DNA of 44,450 nt, from contig JBJEXX010000064.1 of NCBI GenBank assembly GCA_051886215.1, positions 1 through 44,450 on the forward strand, read 5' to 3'. Source of the DNA: Bacilli bacterium (GTDB lineage: Bacteria; Bacillota_I; Bacilli_A; RF39; UBA660). The notes below the pieces were generated by a model. The model had not been told where the DNA came from. It worked only from the letters and a program-made list of their open reading frames with translations, and made no database searches. A program made the translations under genes and the position numbers. Below, piece after piece: positions 20,090 to 29,348 of this stretch; position 1 is the first letter of the stretch, and every line of letters begins with the position of its first letter.

Positions 20090-22177
20090 TCAAATTTTTT
20101 TCAAAGCTTTATGATTCTTCATTAATTTTCTTACACCATATGGATGCTTAAAAGCAATAGTTATTAAAGTTTTAGATACTTCTAATACTTTACCATTTCC
20201 AAATACATCATGATATACAAAATCATCAACTTTATAATCAACATCTTCTTCATAGAATTTTTCTTCTTTATTAACTATCTTATTTATTTCTTGTTTTTGA
20301 GGCATATTCATTAAATTTTCATCTATTTCTTTTATGAATCTACTTATAGGATTAACTTGTGTTTGTCCAAATAGCATTCTCATTCTAGCATTAATTAAAT
20401 ATAATTTTTCTTTCGCTCTAGTTATAGCAACATAACATAGTCTTCTTTCTTCTTCTAATTCATGGCTATCATACATGGAATTAACATGTGGAAATATTCC
20501 TTCTTCCATACCAACTACGAATACATAATCAAATTCTAATCCCTTTACTGAGTGAACAGTCATTAAACTAACTCTATTATTATCTTCTTTGTATTCTTCC
20601 ACATCACTTATAAGACTTATTTCAAGTAAAAATTCTTCTAATGAAACTAATCCTTCTCTTTCTTCAAATGCTCTAGTTATGGATTTAAATTCTTCTAAGT
20701 TTTCTAATCTTATATCTGCTTCTAATGTTTTTTCTTGTTCTAATTCTTTTTTTATACCAGAAAGTTCTAATACTTTATCGATTAATTCTGTAAGTGTAGA
20801 ATCATGACTTATATTTTTTAGTTCTTCTATAATATTTTTAAATTCTAATTCTTTTCCTGTTGAAATTGCTTCATAATAACTTATATTCTGTTCTTCTGCT
20901 TTATCTATAATATTTTGAATAGTTTTTAAGCCTATTCCTCTTTTAGGTGTATTTATTACTCTAAGTAAACTGACATTATCTTTTTCATTATGAATAAGTC
21001 TTAAATACGCAATTAAATCTTTTATTTCTTTTCTGTTATAGAAATAGAAACTTCCTATAACTCTATATGGAAGGTTTGCTTGTAAGAATGCTTCTTCTAA
21101 ATTTCTTGATTGGGCATTCGTTCTATATAATACCGCAATATTTTCATATTTGATATTTTTTTCTTTGACTAATTTTTCTATTTCTCCCACTACGTATGTA
21201 GCTTCTTGTTTTTCACTATCACACCTAAAATATTCAATTTTTTCTCCTGTACCCTTATTACTTCTTAAATTTTTATCTTTTCTATCTTTATTATTACGAA
21301 TAACACAATTTGCTGCATCTAAAATTGTCTTTGTAGAACGATAATTTTCCTCTAACATTATTGTCTTACTATCTGGGTAATCTCTTTCAAAATTTAAAAT
21401 ATTTTTATAATTAGCTCCTCTAAAGCCATATATTGCTTGATCATTATCTCCCACACAACATATTTTTCTATATTTCGCAGAAATTAATCTAGTTAAAATA
21501 TATTGTGCTTCATTAGTATCTTGATACTCATCTATTAATATATATTGATAATGCTCTTGATACTTTTCTAATATTTCACCGTTTTCTTTAAATAATTGAA
21601 TAGGTAATATTAATAAATCATCAAAATCAACAGAGTTATTTTGTTTTAAAGTACTTATATATTTTTCGTATATTTCTACTACAATATTTTCATAATCAGT
21701 TCCTGCATATCTTGAATACATTTCAGGAGTCATAAGTTCATTTTTACAACTACTAATCTTATTTCTTATTGCCTTAGGATTATATGTTTTAGGATCTAAA
21801 TTCTTTTGTTTTAATATTTTCTTAATAATTGATAAAGAATCATCACTATCAATAATTGTAAAATTAGAATCATATCCTAAATATTTATAATTTTCTCTTA
21901 ATATTTTTAATCCAAAACTATGAAATGTTGATATTTGAATAAATTTAGAAACACTTCCTATTAAACCATCAACTCTATCTCTCATTTCTTTTGCGGCTTT
22001 ATTAGTAAATGTAATCGCTAAAATATTAGTTGGACTAACATTTAGTTTTTCAATTAAATAAGCTATTTTGGTGGTTAATACTTTAGTTTTTCCACTACCT
22101 GCCCCTGCCAAAACTAATAAAGGTCCATCATTGTATAATACAGCTTCTTTTTGTTCTTTATTTAAATTTTCTATCAT
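20090..22177 (-). CDS. pcrA: ATP-dependent DNA helicase PcrA (UvrD family)
   Basis: 695 aa. LVLAGAGSGKT (Walker A), ILIDEYQDTN, VHSVKGLEF, and a C-terminal FVYHDVFGNGKVLEV motif. Confidence 0.93.
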   Translation of the reverse strand: MIENLNKEQKEAVLYNDGPLLVLAGAGSGKTKVLTTKIAYLIEKLNVSPTNILAITFTNKAAKEMRDRVDGLIGSVSKFIQISTFHSFGLKILRENYKYLGYDSNFTIIDSDDSLSIIKKILKQKNLDPKTYNPKAIRNKISSCKNELMTPEMYSRYAGTDYENIVVEIYEKYISTLKQNNSVDFDDLLILPIQLFKENGEILEKYQEHYQYILIDEYQDTNEAQYILTRLISAKYRKICCVGDNDQAIYGFRGANYKNILNFERDYPDSKTIMLEENYRSTKTILDAANCVIRNNKDRKDKNLRSNKGTGEKIEYFRCDSEKQEATYVVGEIEKLVKEKNIKYENIAVLYRTNAQSRNLEEAFLQANLPYRVIGSFYFYNRKEIKDLIAYLRLIHNEKDNVSLLRVINTPKRGIGLKTIQNIIDKAEEQNISYYEAISTGKELEFKNIIEELKNISHDSTLTELIDKVLELSGIKKELEQEKTLEADIRLENLEEFKSITRAFEEREGLVSLEEFLLEISLISDVEEYKEDNNRVSLMTVHSVKGLEFDYVFVVGMEEGIFPHVNSMYDSHELEEERRLCYVAITRAKEKLYLINARMRMLFGQTQVNPISRFIKEIDENLMNMPQKQEINKIVNKEEKFYEEDVDYKVDDFVYHDVFGNGKVLEVSKTLITIAFKHPYGVRKLMKNHKALKKI

Positions 22178-22191
22178 GTTATCACTACTTT

Positions 22192-22821
22192 CTATTGTTT
22201 TGTTTTCTTTTCATTTATTTTAACTAATCCTTTATAAAATTCTATTTCTAATAGTCCTGTACCTATTAGATTATTTTTTATTCCTTCATTAAAATTATCT
22301 TTATCAATTAAAGAATAATCTAATTCATATTCTCCAAAGTTTATATTCTTATTATTATAATCTACAAATTCTCTTAAGAACTCTCTTATTGTACGACCAT
22401 TGCCTTCTCTAAAAGGATGAATACAAACTAATTCTTTATAAAAATTAGCTAGAAATGAACTATAGGCTCTATCACTTGTTATATTCGTTGCTTGTTGTTT
22501 ATATCTATTTAAAGTTTCATCTAACTTATTATCAATTTCCTCATAAGGAATAAAGTAATCCCACTGCCACACTTTCTTTATATTAACATCTCGAAAATTA
22601 CCAGCAAAATCATAAATATCTTCAAATAGATATTTGTGCAAATCTTTTAGATATTGTTTATCAAAAGTACTAGGTATCTTATCAGGATTCATATATAAAT
22701 AAACCAATTTATTTTCTAAAATTGCTTCTTCTTTATTTCTCAATTCTACTGCATCCCTTATATTAAATTTATTTTTTAAAACATTTGTACCTTCATAAAT
22801 ATATTTATCAAAATTATCCAT
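22192..22821 (-). CDS. Fic-family protein (Fido domain, putative AMPylase)
   Basis: 209 aa. Canonical Fic motif HPFREGNGRTIR, matching HxFx(D/E)GNGRxxR. The N-terminus YEGTNVLKNKFNIRD is typical of short Fic toxins. Confidence 0.9.
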   Translation of the reverse strand: MDNFDKYIYEGTNVLKNKFNIRDAVELRNKEEAILENKLVYLYMNPDKIPSTFDKQYLKDLHKYLFEDIYDFAGNFRDVNIKKVWQWDYFIPYEEIDNKLDETLNRYKQQATNITSDRAYSSFLANFYKELVCIHPFREGNGRTIREFLREFVDYNNKNINFGEYELDYSLIDKDNFNEGIKNNLIGTGLLEIEFYKGLVKINEKKTKQ

Positions 22822-22927
22822 TATTTTTACCTTTCTCTTTTTTTAATACTTTATTTTTTTCTTCTTGTTTATCCATATTTATATTAGCTTTAGCTTGTTC
22901 TTTTGCTTTTTCAATATTTCTTTCCAT
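22814..22927 (-). CDS. 37-codon ORF overlapping the fic start (candidate partner or antitoxin)
   Basis: Hand translation gives MERNIEKAKEQAKANINMDKQEEKNKVLKKEKGKNNG. The ATG at 22927 is preceded by GGTAGAGGTAG. Its stop overlaps the fic ATG by 8 nt. It is below the ORF-track size cutoff. Confidence 0.45.
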   Translation of the reverse strand: MERNIEKAKEQAKANINMDKQEEKNKVLKKEKGKNNG

Positions 22928-22950
22928 AATTGCTACCTCTACCTTAATAA

Positions 22951-22959
22951 AGTATACCA
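22951..22959 (-). promoter_or_regulatory. extended -10 element (TGGTATACT) for the small-ORF/fic unit
   Basis: The minus strand reads TGGTATACT immediately after the upstream terminator and about 25 nt before the ATG at 22927. Confidence 0.4.
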
Positions 22960-22960
22960 T

Positions 22961-22988
22961 AAAAAAAATAGATTTTCATCTAATCTAT
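22961..22988 (-). terminator. rho-independent terminator ending the adhesin-sortase-phosphatase operon
   Basis: ATAGATT (22968-22974) / AATCTAT (22982-22988) hairpin, followed on the minus strand by T8. Confidence 0.7.
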
Positions 22989-23059
22989 CTTTATTTTATT
23001 TGATTTTTATTTTATATTTTCTTAATATCAATCAATTTATTATTATCATCAAAACTCAT

Positions 23060-23617
23060 TTAAAAAATTGCACAATTTTCTATATTACACGGTGATATTT
23101 TTTCACCTTTATAATATATTCCTTCTTTATCATAAGTGCACCAATTAAGTAGAAGAAAAAACATCGCAGTAGAATGTGTTACTATAGCTACTTTTTTATT
23201 TTTAAAATTATTAAGAACTTGATCTAAACTTTCTAGCATACGAGTTCTAACTTCTTTTTGTGATTCTCCATTACCTATTTTATAATCTATTTCTCTTAAT
23301 TGTTTATCATAAAAATCTATAGGTATATCATCCCAGGATGGAACTCCAAATTTTCTTTCACCAAAAGTTTCGATTATATTAATATCAATCCCATTATTAT
23401 TAGCTATATATTTTGCTGTTGATATTCCTCTTATATAATTGGAAGAAATTAAAATATCTATTTGTTTAAGTTCATCTATATTTAATTTTTTGCTTGCTAA
23501 ATTTTCTCCTTCAATTGATAATATTTGCTTTTCATTTTGGATTTGCAAAGAATCACTATTAAGAATATTATTTACTTTTTGTGATATGGAATGTCTAATA
23601 AAATAAATTGTAGTCAT
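23060..23617 (-). CDS. histidine phosphatase superfamily protein (RHS variant of the RHG motif)
   Basis: 185 aa. IYFIRHSIS at the N-terminus and VAIVTHSTAM (second His). Confidence 0.75.
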   Translation of the reverse strand: MTTIYFIRHSISQKVNNILNSDSLQIQNEKQILSIEGENLASKKLNIDELKQIDILISSNYIRGISTAKYIANNNGIDINIIETFGERKFGVPSWDDIPIDFYDKQLREIDYKIGNGESQKEVRTRMLESLDQVLNNFKNKKVAIVTHSTAMFFLLLNWCTYDKEGIYYKGEKISPCNIENCAIF

Positions 23618-23632
23618 ATTAATTCCTCTTAT

Positions 23633-24379
23633 TTAATCATCTTGATTTTTATTTTTTTCTTTTATCTCATTTAAATATTGATATAATAGCTTATATTCTT
23701 CTAAAGTAAATAAATCTTCTTTCTTTTCCCTGGGAATAAACTTTGGTTTATCATATATAATAGTTTGAGTTTGTTCTGGTTGTATTTCTTTTTCTTCTTG
23801 ATCATTTAGTTCTGCTTTTTTTCTTAATTTATTTATAAGTTTTACTATTAATAATACTAATATCCAGATTGTAAAAATATTCATAGTCATTTGAATCATT
23901 ACTAATAAATATTCATTAGAATATACTGCGATATCAGAATATACATTTATATTTTTATCTATTACTATATTTAAACTTAATAATAATAAAAACATAATTA
24001 TTAAGAATACTAAAGTATTTAATCTTTTTAATCCTTTACTAATATTAGGTTTAAACATAGTAGAAATAAATATAATTATTGTAATTATAACCATAATCAT
24101 ATATATTGGTAAATTAGGAAAATATATTGCAACAAAAATATTGTCTATTAAATAATCAATAAAACTCCAAAATGCGGTTCCATATACTATTATTAGAGCA
24201 ATAGTGGCGATTGCGAAAAAAATAGTATAAATAATTTTGTGTTTTTTAGTATAAACTGGACTTAAAATCAAGTAAAAATAAACCAATATAAAAATTAAAA
24301 ATATAAAGATGAACAATGGGTTTTTTCCTAAATATTTAAAAAATTTAGATAACATATCTATTAGTGTTAATCTATCCAT
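23633..24379 (-). CDS. polytopic membrane protein with charged C-terminal tail
   Basis: 248 aa with about 6 TM segments. It lies between the sortase and phosphatase genes with gaps of 12 and 15 nt. Confidence 0.55.
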   Translation of the reverse strand: MDRLTLIDMLSKFFKYLGKNPLFIFIFLIFILVYFYLILSPVYTKKHKIIYTIFFAIATIALIIVYGTAFWSFIDYLIDNIFVAIYFPNLPIYMIMVIITIIIFISTMFKPNISKGLKRLNTLVFLIIMFLLLLSLNIVIDKNINVYSDIAVYSNEYLLVMIQMTMNIFTIWILVLLIVKLINKLRKKAELNDQEEKEIQPEQTQTIIYDKPKFIPREKKEDLFTLEEYKLLYQYLNEIKEKNKNQDD

Positions 24380-24391
24380 AATTCACCTTCC

Positions 24392-25090
24392 TTAATAATT
24401 GGCTTTTTTTCTTAATTCTGCAACGTATATTGTTTGTGTAGTTGAACTATCTTTAGTACAAGTTATAAGAGTTAAAGTAGTTTTTTCTTTATTTCTATAT
24501 ACATTTACTGTTCCAACTTTTGGTTGTTCATAAATATTAACTATTTGATAAGTATATTTTACATTTTGATAATAAACATATACGACATCACCATTAACTA
24601 ATTGATATAGTTGATTAAAAAAAGAATTCCAAGCAGTTCCTGAATGACCTGCGATTATAAAATTACCTTTACTTACATTAGGATAATCAGATCCTGCCAT
24701 AACAGCAATATTTTTATCTACATCATTGTCTGTAGAATTCATATCTAAAAATCCTTTTTTTAATCCAACTTTGGGTACTTCTAATGTTCCAATATAATTA
24801 TAATTTGAATCATAAGGTGTTGGATCTATTCCTTCTTCAGTAACTGTTTCTACCTCTTCCTGCTTTTTCTTCTCTTCTTCTTGTTTTTTCTTTTCTTCCT
24901 CTTCTTTTCTTTTTTCTTCTTCAGCTTTGGTTTCGTTATATGCAAAAATTTTATTATTCATATATGTATAAGCATAATCTATTTTTTTATCTACATAATT
25001 AAAAACAAGCAAAGAGATTCCGAGTATTATACCCAAAATCCCAATTGTTGTTTTTGTTTTACTATTTATTTGTTTTTTCTTTTTTAACAT
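24392..25090 (-). CDS. sortase (class uncertain, A/D-like) with Glu/Lys-rich linker
   Basis: 232 aa with an N-terminal TM. FIIAGHSG (His), LTLITC (Cys) and a downstream Arg (VAELRKK). It overlaps the adhesin gene by 29 nt. Confidence 0.85.
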   Translation of the reverse strand: MLKKKKQINSKTKTTIGILGIILGISLLVFNYVDKKIDYAYTYMNNKIFAYNETKAEEEKRKEEEEKKKQEEEKKKQEEVETVTEEGIDPTPYDSNYNYIGTLEVPKVGLKKGFLDMNSTDNDVDKNIAVMAGSDYPNVSKGNFIIAGHSGTAWNSFFNQLYQLVNGDVVYVYYQNVKYTYQIVNIYEQPKVGTVNVYRNKEKTTLTLITCTKDSSTTQTIYVAELRKKANY

Positions 25091-26420
25091 TTTTTATAAC
25101 AAATCCTGTTCCAACTATGATTATAATTGCTCCTACAATATACATTATCGTTGAGGCAGTTGAGGCAGTATCAGGAACAACTACAGTTTCAGTTACTACA
25201 GCTTCTGGAACTTCCTCTTCTTCTTGTTCTTCAGGTGCGTTATACATAGTTACTGATATAACAGTTCCATCTGCTTTTACTTCAAATTCTACAACTTCTG
25301 TACTTAATGTATATCCATCTGGTGCAGCCGTTTCAGTCAATGTATATTTCCCAGCCGGTAAATTTTCTATGTAATAGTCTTCATCAGTAGTTGTCCAACT
25401 AGCAACAATATTTCCATTAGCATCTTTTACCTCAAGTTTAGCTCCTGGCAAATTTTGTGCAGTGGCCATATCAATCTTTGATATCTTAACTTTAGTTGTT
25501 GTATATATTAATTGTCCTGCATTGCTTACTTTGATTTCTTCTGGAAAGTTTGCAACTAAACTTTGTAATGAACTTGAAGCTGTATATTTATAAGCTTTAT
25601 TTACTGTACCACTAGCATTAACTGTAATTGTAAATTTATTAGTTAATTCTTTATATGAAGCTGCTGGTACTTTTACAACAAATTTATCTCCTGCTGAAAA
25701 TGAATTTTTTTGATTTCCTTTAGTATCTGTAACTATAGTTCCTGATGGAGCCGAATTTAGTGTTACTGTATAATTTCCAGTAATACCACTAGCAGTTACA
25801 CCTATTTGAGTTGATTCATAATATTTTTTATCACTACTTAAAGTCATATTTTTATCAGTAATGTTTAACTTAATACTTGGTTTTGCATAACTTGCTTTTT
25901 TAGCACCCTCTTTTAATGAATATGCCATTTTATAAACATTAGTATTTTTATATGACCCATTTTTGAAATTTTGTAGTGGATCATAACTGTTTCCATTACT
26001 ATTTTTATATTCACTTCTTGGAGTTATCTTGTTTTCTATTCCATTCAAATAGTCAACATACCACCACATTGCAACTTGTGTTGCACCATATCTTTCAGCT
26101 GCACTCATGTTACTATTATTGTCGTATGGATATCCATTATTTATAATGTATGCATATCCAGCATTTAATTCAGAACCTGATTTTTTAATAGTAGTTCCTG
26201 TTGATGGTGATGATTTCTTATCCAAATCTATACAATACACATAAACAGTTTTATTATTATATGTAACTGATTTTTTATAAAAATGCATAGATCCTATTGG
26301 ATTGATTTCTGTTTTACCAGTTATTTTTAAACTACTTGGAGCTTCAGCTTTAACACCTAAAGCAAAAATTCCTACTACTGCAATAATTAAAGTTAATATT
26401 GATTTTATTATTTTTTTCAT
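25062..26420 (-). CDS. sortase-anchored adhesin with TQXA thioester-type domain and CnaB/SpaA-like domain, VPDTA sorting signal
   Basis: 452 aa with a signal peptide. It has a single Cys in VYVYCIDLD and a TQVAMWWY motif. The CnaB-like block is GAKLEVKDANGN...LPAGKYTLTETAAPDGYTL. The C-terminus has VPDTA (25164-25178), a TM and a KKEKTNK tail. Confidence 0.8.
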   Translation of the reverse strand: MKKIIKSILTLIIAVVGIFALGVKAEAPSSLKITGKTEINPIGSMHFYKKSVTYNNKTVYVYCIDLDKKSSPSTGTTIKKSGSELNAGYAYIINNGYPYDNNSNMSAAERYGATQVAMWWYVDYLNGIENKITPRSEYKNSNGNSYDPLQNFKNGSYKNTNVYKMAYSLKEGAKKASYAKPSIKLNITDKNMTLSSDKKYYESTQIGVTASGITGNYTVTLNSAPSGTIVTDTKGNQKNSFSAGDKFVVKVPAASYKELTNKFTITVNASGTVNKAYKYTASSSLQSLVANFPEEIKVSNAGQLIYTTTKVKISKIDMATAQNLPGAKLEVKDANGNIVASWTTTDEDYYIENLPAGKYTLTETAAPDGYTLSTEVVEFEVKADGTVISVTMYNAPEEQEEEEVPEAVVTETVVVPDTASTASTIMYIVGAIIIIVGTGFVIKNVKKEKTNK

Positions 26421-26625
26421 ATTTTTCTCCCCCTTCTTTAATTACTTGTGTATTATATCACAAAATAACTAAAAAAGCAAATTTGATTTAACAAGTTAAT
26501 TATACCATAATTTTTATTTTTTTAAATATCAAATCTAAATAAAGCTTAATTATTTCTTTTTCAGACATAATTATACACACTTTTTTAAATTTTACGTAGA
26601 ATACAATTGTAAAAGGAGGTATATT

Positions 26626-27217
26626 TTGAAAAAGAAATTATTAACAATAATATTTTGCTTAATCATATTATTGTTAGCATGTGCAGTTTTATTTAATAAT
26701 GTTAAAAAAGATACAAATGAATCTTTGAAAACAGTAAAAGTTTCTGAAGTAACTCACAGTATTTTTTATACTCCAATGTATGTAGCTGATGCTTTAGGAT
26801 ATTTTGAAGATAATGGAATCGATGTTGAAATAATTACAAGTAGTGGAGCGGACGCAGTTGCAGCTGCAGTACTAAGTGGTGATGTTGATATTGGATTCTG
26901 TGGAAGTGAACAAACAATTTACATCTATAACCAAGGTGAAAAAGATTATTTAATTAATTTTGCTGGGCTTACTAAAAGAGATGGTAGTTTCTTAGTGGGA
27001 AGAACAGAAGATAATAATTTTGATCTAAATAGTTTAAAAGGTAAAACTATTATAGGTGGAAGAAAAGGCGGTATGCCTTCAATGACACTAGCTTACACTT
27101 TGTATGAAAATGGTATTGATCCATATAAAGATGTAACTATTGATACTAGCATCGCTTTTTCATCTATGTCAGGAGCATTTATTAGTGGTACTGGTGATTA
27201 TGTAACACTATTTGAAC
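26626..27217 (+). pseudogene. 5' fragment of a split NMT1/SsuA-like ABC substrate-binding lipoprotein gene
   Basis: TTG start after AAAGGAGG. Lipobox LLLAC. The reading frame continues exactly at 34024. The ORF-track extension to 27234 is element-derived sequence. Confidence 0.85.
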
Positions 27218-27229
27218 TTAGTGTAAGAG
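27202..27229. other. attL of integrative element 1
   Basis: GTAACACTATTTGAAC|TTAGTGTAAGAG, consisting of a host half-site and an element half-site around a shared GAAC. Confidence 0.75.
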
Positions 27230-27265
27230 AATGAAGTCACCAAGTAAAAAATTATAAGTCTATAA

Positions 27266-28975
27266 TCATAGACAAAAATAACAATTCACTTGGTAACACA
27301 CCTTATATCTTTTAGTTCCCCTAGTATCGTATCCTCTTTTAAATTCATAACTACTTCTTAAAATTGGTTGTAGTTTTTTTGTTTCATCATTCTCTTTGTA
27401 TGATAAAAATATATTTAATTCCATATCATTTTTATCATTACATATTTTATACACTACAATATGATCTAATAATAAACTTATTATTTTATTTGTTGTAGAT
27501 TTTTCAGTTGTTTTTATTTTGAGAAATTCATTAAGTTCTTTAGTTTTATCTATTGTTACTTTTATTTGTTTTTTATTTTTATTTAACTTAATTAATTCAT
27601 TATCAATAATCTTAATCTTTTTATTATAAAAATCATTTCTTTCCGTAAATTCTTTATTTGATATACTACCTTCTAAACTAAGTTCTAATAACTTCTCTTT
27701 TTTTTGAAATAAATCATTTTTTTTCTTTATTATAGTATTGATTTCATCATCTATGTCAGTATCAAATTCTAAATATTTATAATAGTTCATAAGAATATTA
27801 ATTACTTCATTAGAATCTATTTGTAATTTAGAAATTAAATCCTTAAAAATTACATATAATTCTGATTCTCTAATATTAGGTGAATCACAAAAACTTTTGC
27901 CTTTTTTTAAATATTCAGAACAAACCCAAGTAATATCTTTTTTATTTTTTCTAAACTCTCTTCTGTGAAAAACTGTATTATGTTCAGCACAATATATTTT
28001 AGCACTATATAAATATCTATTTTTATATATACTTTTATCTTTTTTTCTTTTACTAAAAGCTTTTTTTCTAGCTATTAATCTAGTATTAGCTCTTTCCCAT
28101 AAATCTTCATCAATGATTGGTGGTATTCTTGTTTTATCTTCGTAGATAACCCAATCATTTTTTTCAAAGTATTTTATCTTTTTAGTCATATAATCTACTA
28201 TTTCAGATTTTTTAGCACAATAATATCCTTTATATTTAGGATTTTCAATCATTCTAGAAATAGTAGATATACACCATTTTTTACCTAATCCAGTTTTTAA
28301 ATCTTCATTATTTAAAATCTTAACTATTTTAGAAAGCGATAATTTTTCTATACCATAATATTCATAAATTCTTCTAACTACTTTTGCTTCTTCCTCTATG
28401 ATATTTAATACTCCTGTATCCTTATTTTTTTTATAACCATAAAGTAAATCATTACCTAGTATTTCACCACGTTCTATAGCTCTATTCATACCAAATTTAA
28501 CACGTTCTGATAATCTTCTAATTTCATCTTGAGCCATAGAAGCCATTATGGTTAATCTAAGTTCTGAATCAGGCATAGCAGTATTAATATTATCATTGAC
28601 AAATAATACAGCTACTCCGAAAGATAAAAGTTCTCTAGTATATTTAATACTATCAAGAGTATTTCTTGAAAATCTAGAAATTTCTTTGGTGACTATTAAA
28701 TCAAATTTACCATTTCTAGCATCTTCAATCATTTTCATAAAGTTATCTCTTTTAACATCACTTGTACCAGTTATTCCATCATCTACATAACCAGGTATAT
28801 AAGTCCAATTTGGATTTCCTTTTATATATTGTTCAAAATGTTCTATTTGATTTTGAAGAGATTTTTTTTGCTCACTGGTGTCTGTGGATACTCTTGCATA
28901 ATCTGTTACTCTAAGTTTTATATTAGTAAGAGGTACTCCCATATTTAATTGTTTTCGAACAGTATATAAATCCAA
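27266..28975 (-). CDS. large serine recombinase
   Basis: 569 aa. Resolvase catalytic region YARVSTD...KKSLQNQ, a recombinase domain, a Cys-rich zinc-ribbon region (CAEHNTVFHRR...WVCSEYLKKGKSFC) and a coiled-coil tail. TTG start after AAAGGAGAA. Confidence 0.92.
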   Translation of the reverse strand: MDLYTVRKQLNMGVPLTNIKLRVTDYARVSTDTSEQKKSLQNQIEHFEQYIKGNPNWTYIPGYVDDGITGTSDVKRDNFMKMIEDARNGKFDLIVTKEISRFSRNTLDSIKYTRELLSFGVAVLFVNDNINTAMPDSELRLTIMASMAQDEIRRLSERVKFGMNRAIERGEILGNDLLYGYKKNKDTGVLNIIEEEAKVVRRIYEYYGIEKLSLSKIVKILNNEDLKTGLGKKWCISTISRMIENPKYKGYYCAKKSEIVDYMTKKIKYFEKNDWVIYEDKTRIPPIIDEDLWERANTRLIARKKAFSKRKKDKSIYKNRYLYSAKIYCAEHNTVFHRREFRKNKKDITWVCSEYLKKGKSFCDSPNIRESELYVIFKDLISKLQIDSNEVINILMNYYKYLEFDTDIDDEINTIIKKKNDLFQKKEKLLELSLEGSISNKEFTERNDFYNKKIKIIDNELIKLNKNKKQIKVTIDKTKELNEFLKIKTTEKSTTNKIISLLLDHIVVYKICNDKNDMELNIFLSYKENDETKKLQPILRSSYEFKRGYDTRGTKRYKVCYQVNCYFCL

Positions 28976-28978
28976 TTT

Positions 28979-29119
28979 TTATTCTCCTTTTAATTCTTTT
29001 AATATATTTTCTTCTGTATATTTAAACATTCTATAGGAAATTTTATTTTCATTTAATAATTCTTTATTTATAAAAAGCGCTAGTTCTAACATAAGTTTTT
29101 TCTTATCAATATATTCCAT
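28979..29119 (-). CDS. 46-codon ORF immediately upstream of the recombinase (possible directionality factor or regulator)
   Basis: Hand translation gives MEYIDKKKLMLELALFINKELLNENKISYRMFKYTEENILKELKGE. ATG after AGGGGA. Its stop lies within the recombinase RBS region. Confidence 0.35.
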   Translation of the reverse strand: MEYIDKKKLMLELALFINKELLNENKISYRMFKYTEENILKELKGE

Positions 29120-29189
29120 AAATTCCCCTATATAAATTTATGAAATAAATATTAAGATATACTTAAATTAATTTATATATCTTTTTTAG

Positions 29190-29222
29190 TAAAAAAAATA
29201 GAACTTATAATTAAGATTCTAT
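29190..29222 (-). terminator. rho-independent (bidirectional-looking) terminator ending the cargo operon
   Basis: ATAGAACTTA (29198-29207) / TAAGATTCTAT (29212-29222) hairpin flanked by an A8 run and a T-run. Confidence 0.65.
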
Positions 29223-29348
29223 TTTTTACAATATTTTTCATTTAAAGATTTTTCTATTTTTTAGCAATATTTACAAATATAATTTTAATTAATTGTCATC
29301 ATCTGTTTTTAATCTAGCCTTACTCGTTAATTTCATAATAATCTTCTT

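Noticed and set aside
22192-22821. Calling the Fic protein a defined class (I, II or III) on the basis of an inhibitory helix.
   Set aside because: No exact (S/T)xxxE(G/N) motif is present in the upstream peptide, the N-terminus (EAILEN) or the C-terminus (TGLLEI). Class assignment needs alignment or structure.
24850-24925. The Glu/Lys-rich segment of the sortase (EEEKRKEEEEKKKQEEEKKKQEE) as a DNA tandem repeat or contingency locus.
   Set aside because: The DNA is low-complexity purine/pyrimidine-biased sequence with only a loose 21-bp periodicity, not near-identical repeat units. It is most simply a charged linker.
26421-26625. A riboswitch (for example TPP or SAM) upstream of the NMT1-like ABC transporter operon.
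   Set aside because: The leader is almost pure A/T. It has no conserved G/C-containing riboswitch core elements and no terminator/antiterminator pair.
27218-27234. The TGA stop ending ORF 26626..27234, and the TGA ending ORF 34426..34845, considered as evidence of stop-codon recoding or genuinely short genes.
   Set aside because: Both stops lie in element-derived sequence just past the insertion junctions. Trp is encoded by TGG throughout and other genes end normally, so standard code with insertional disruption explains them.
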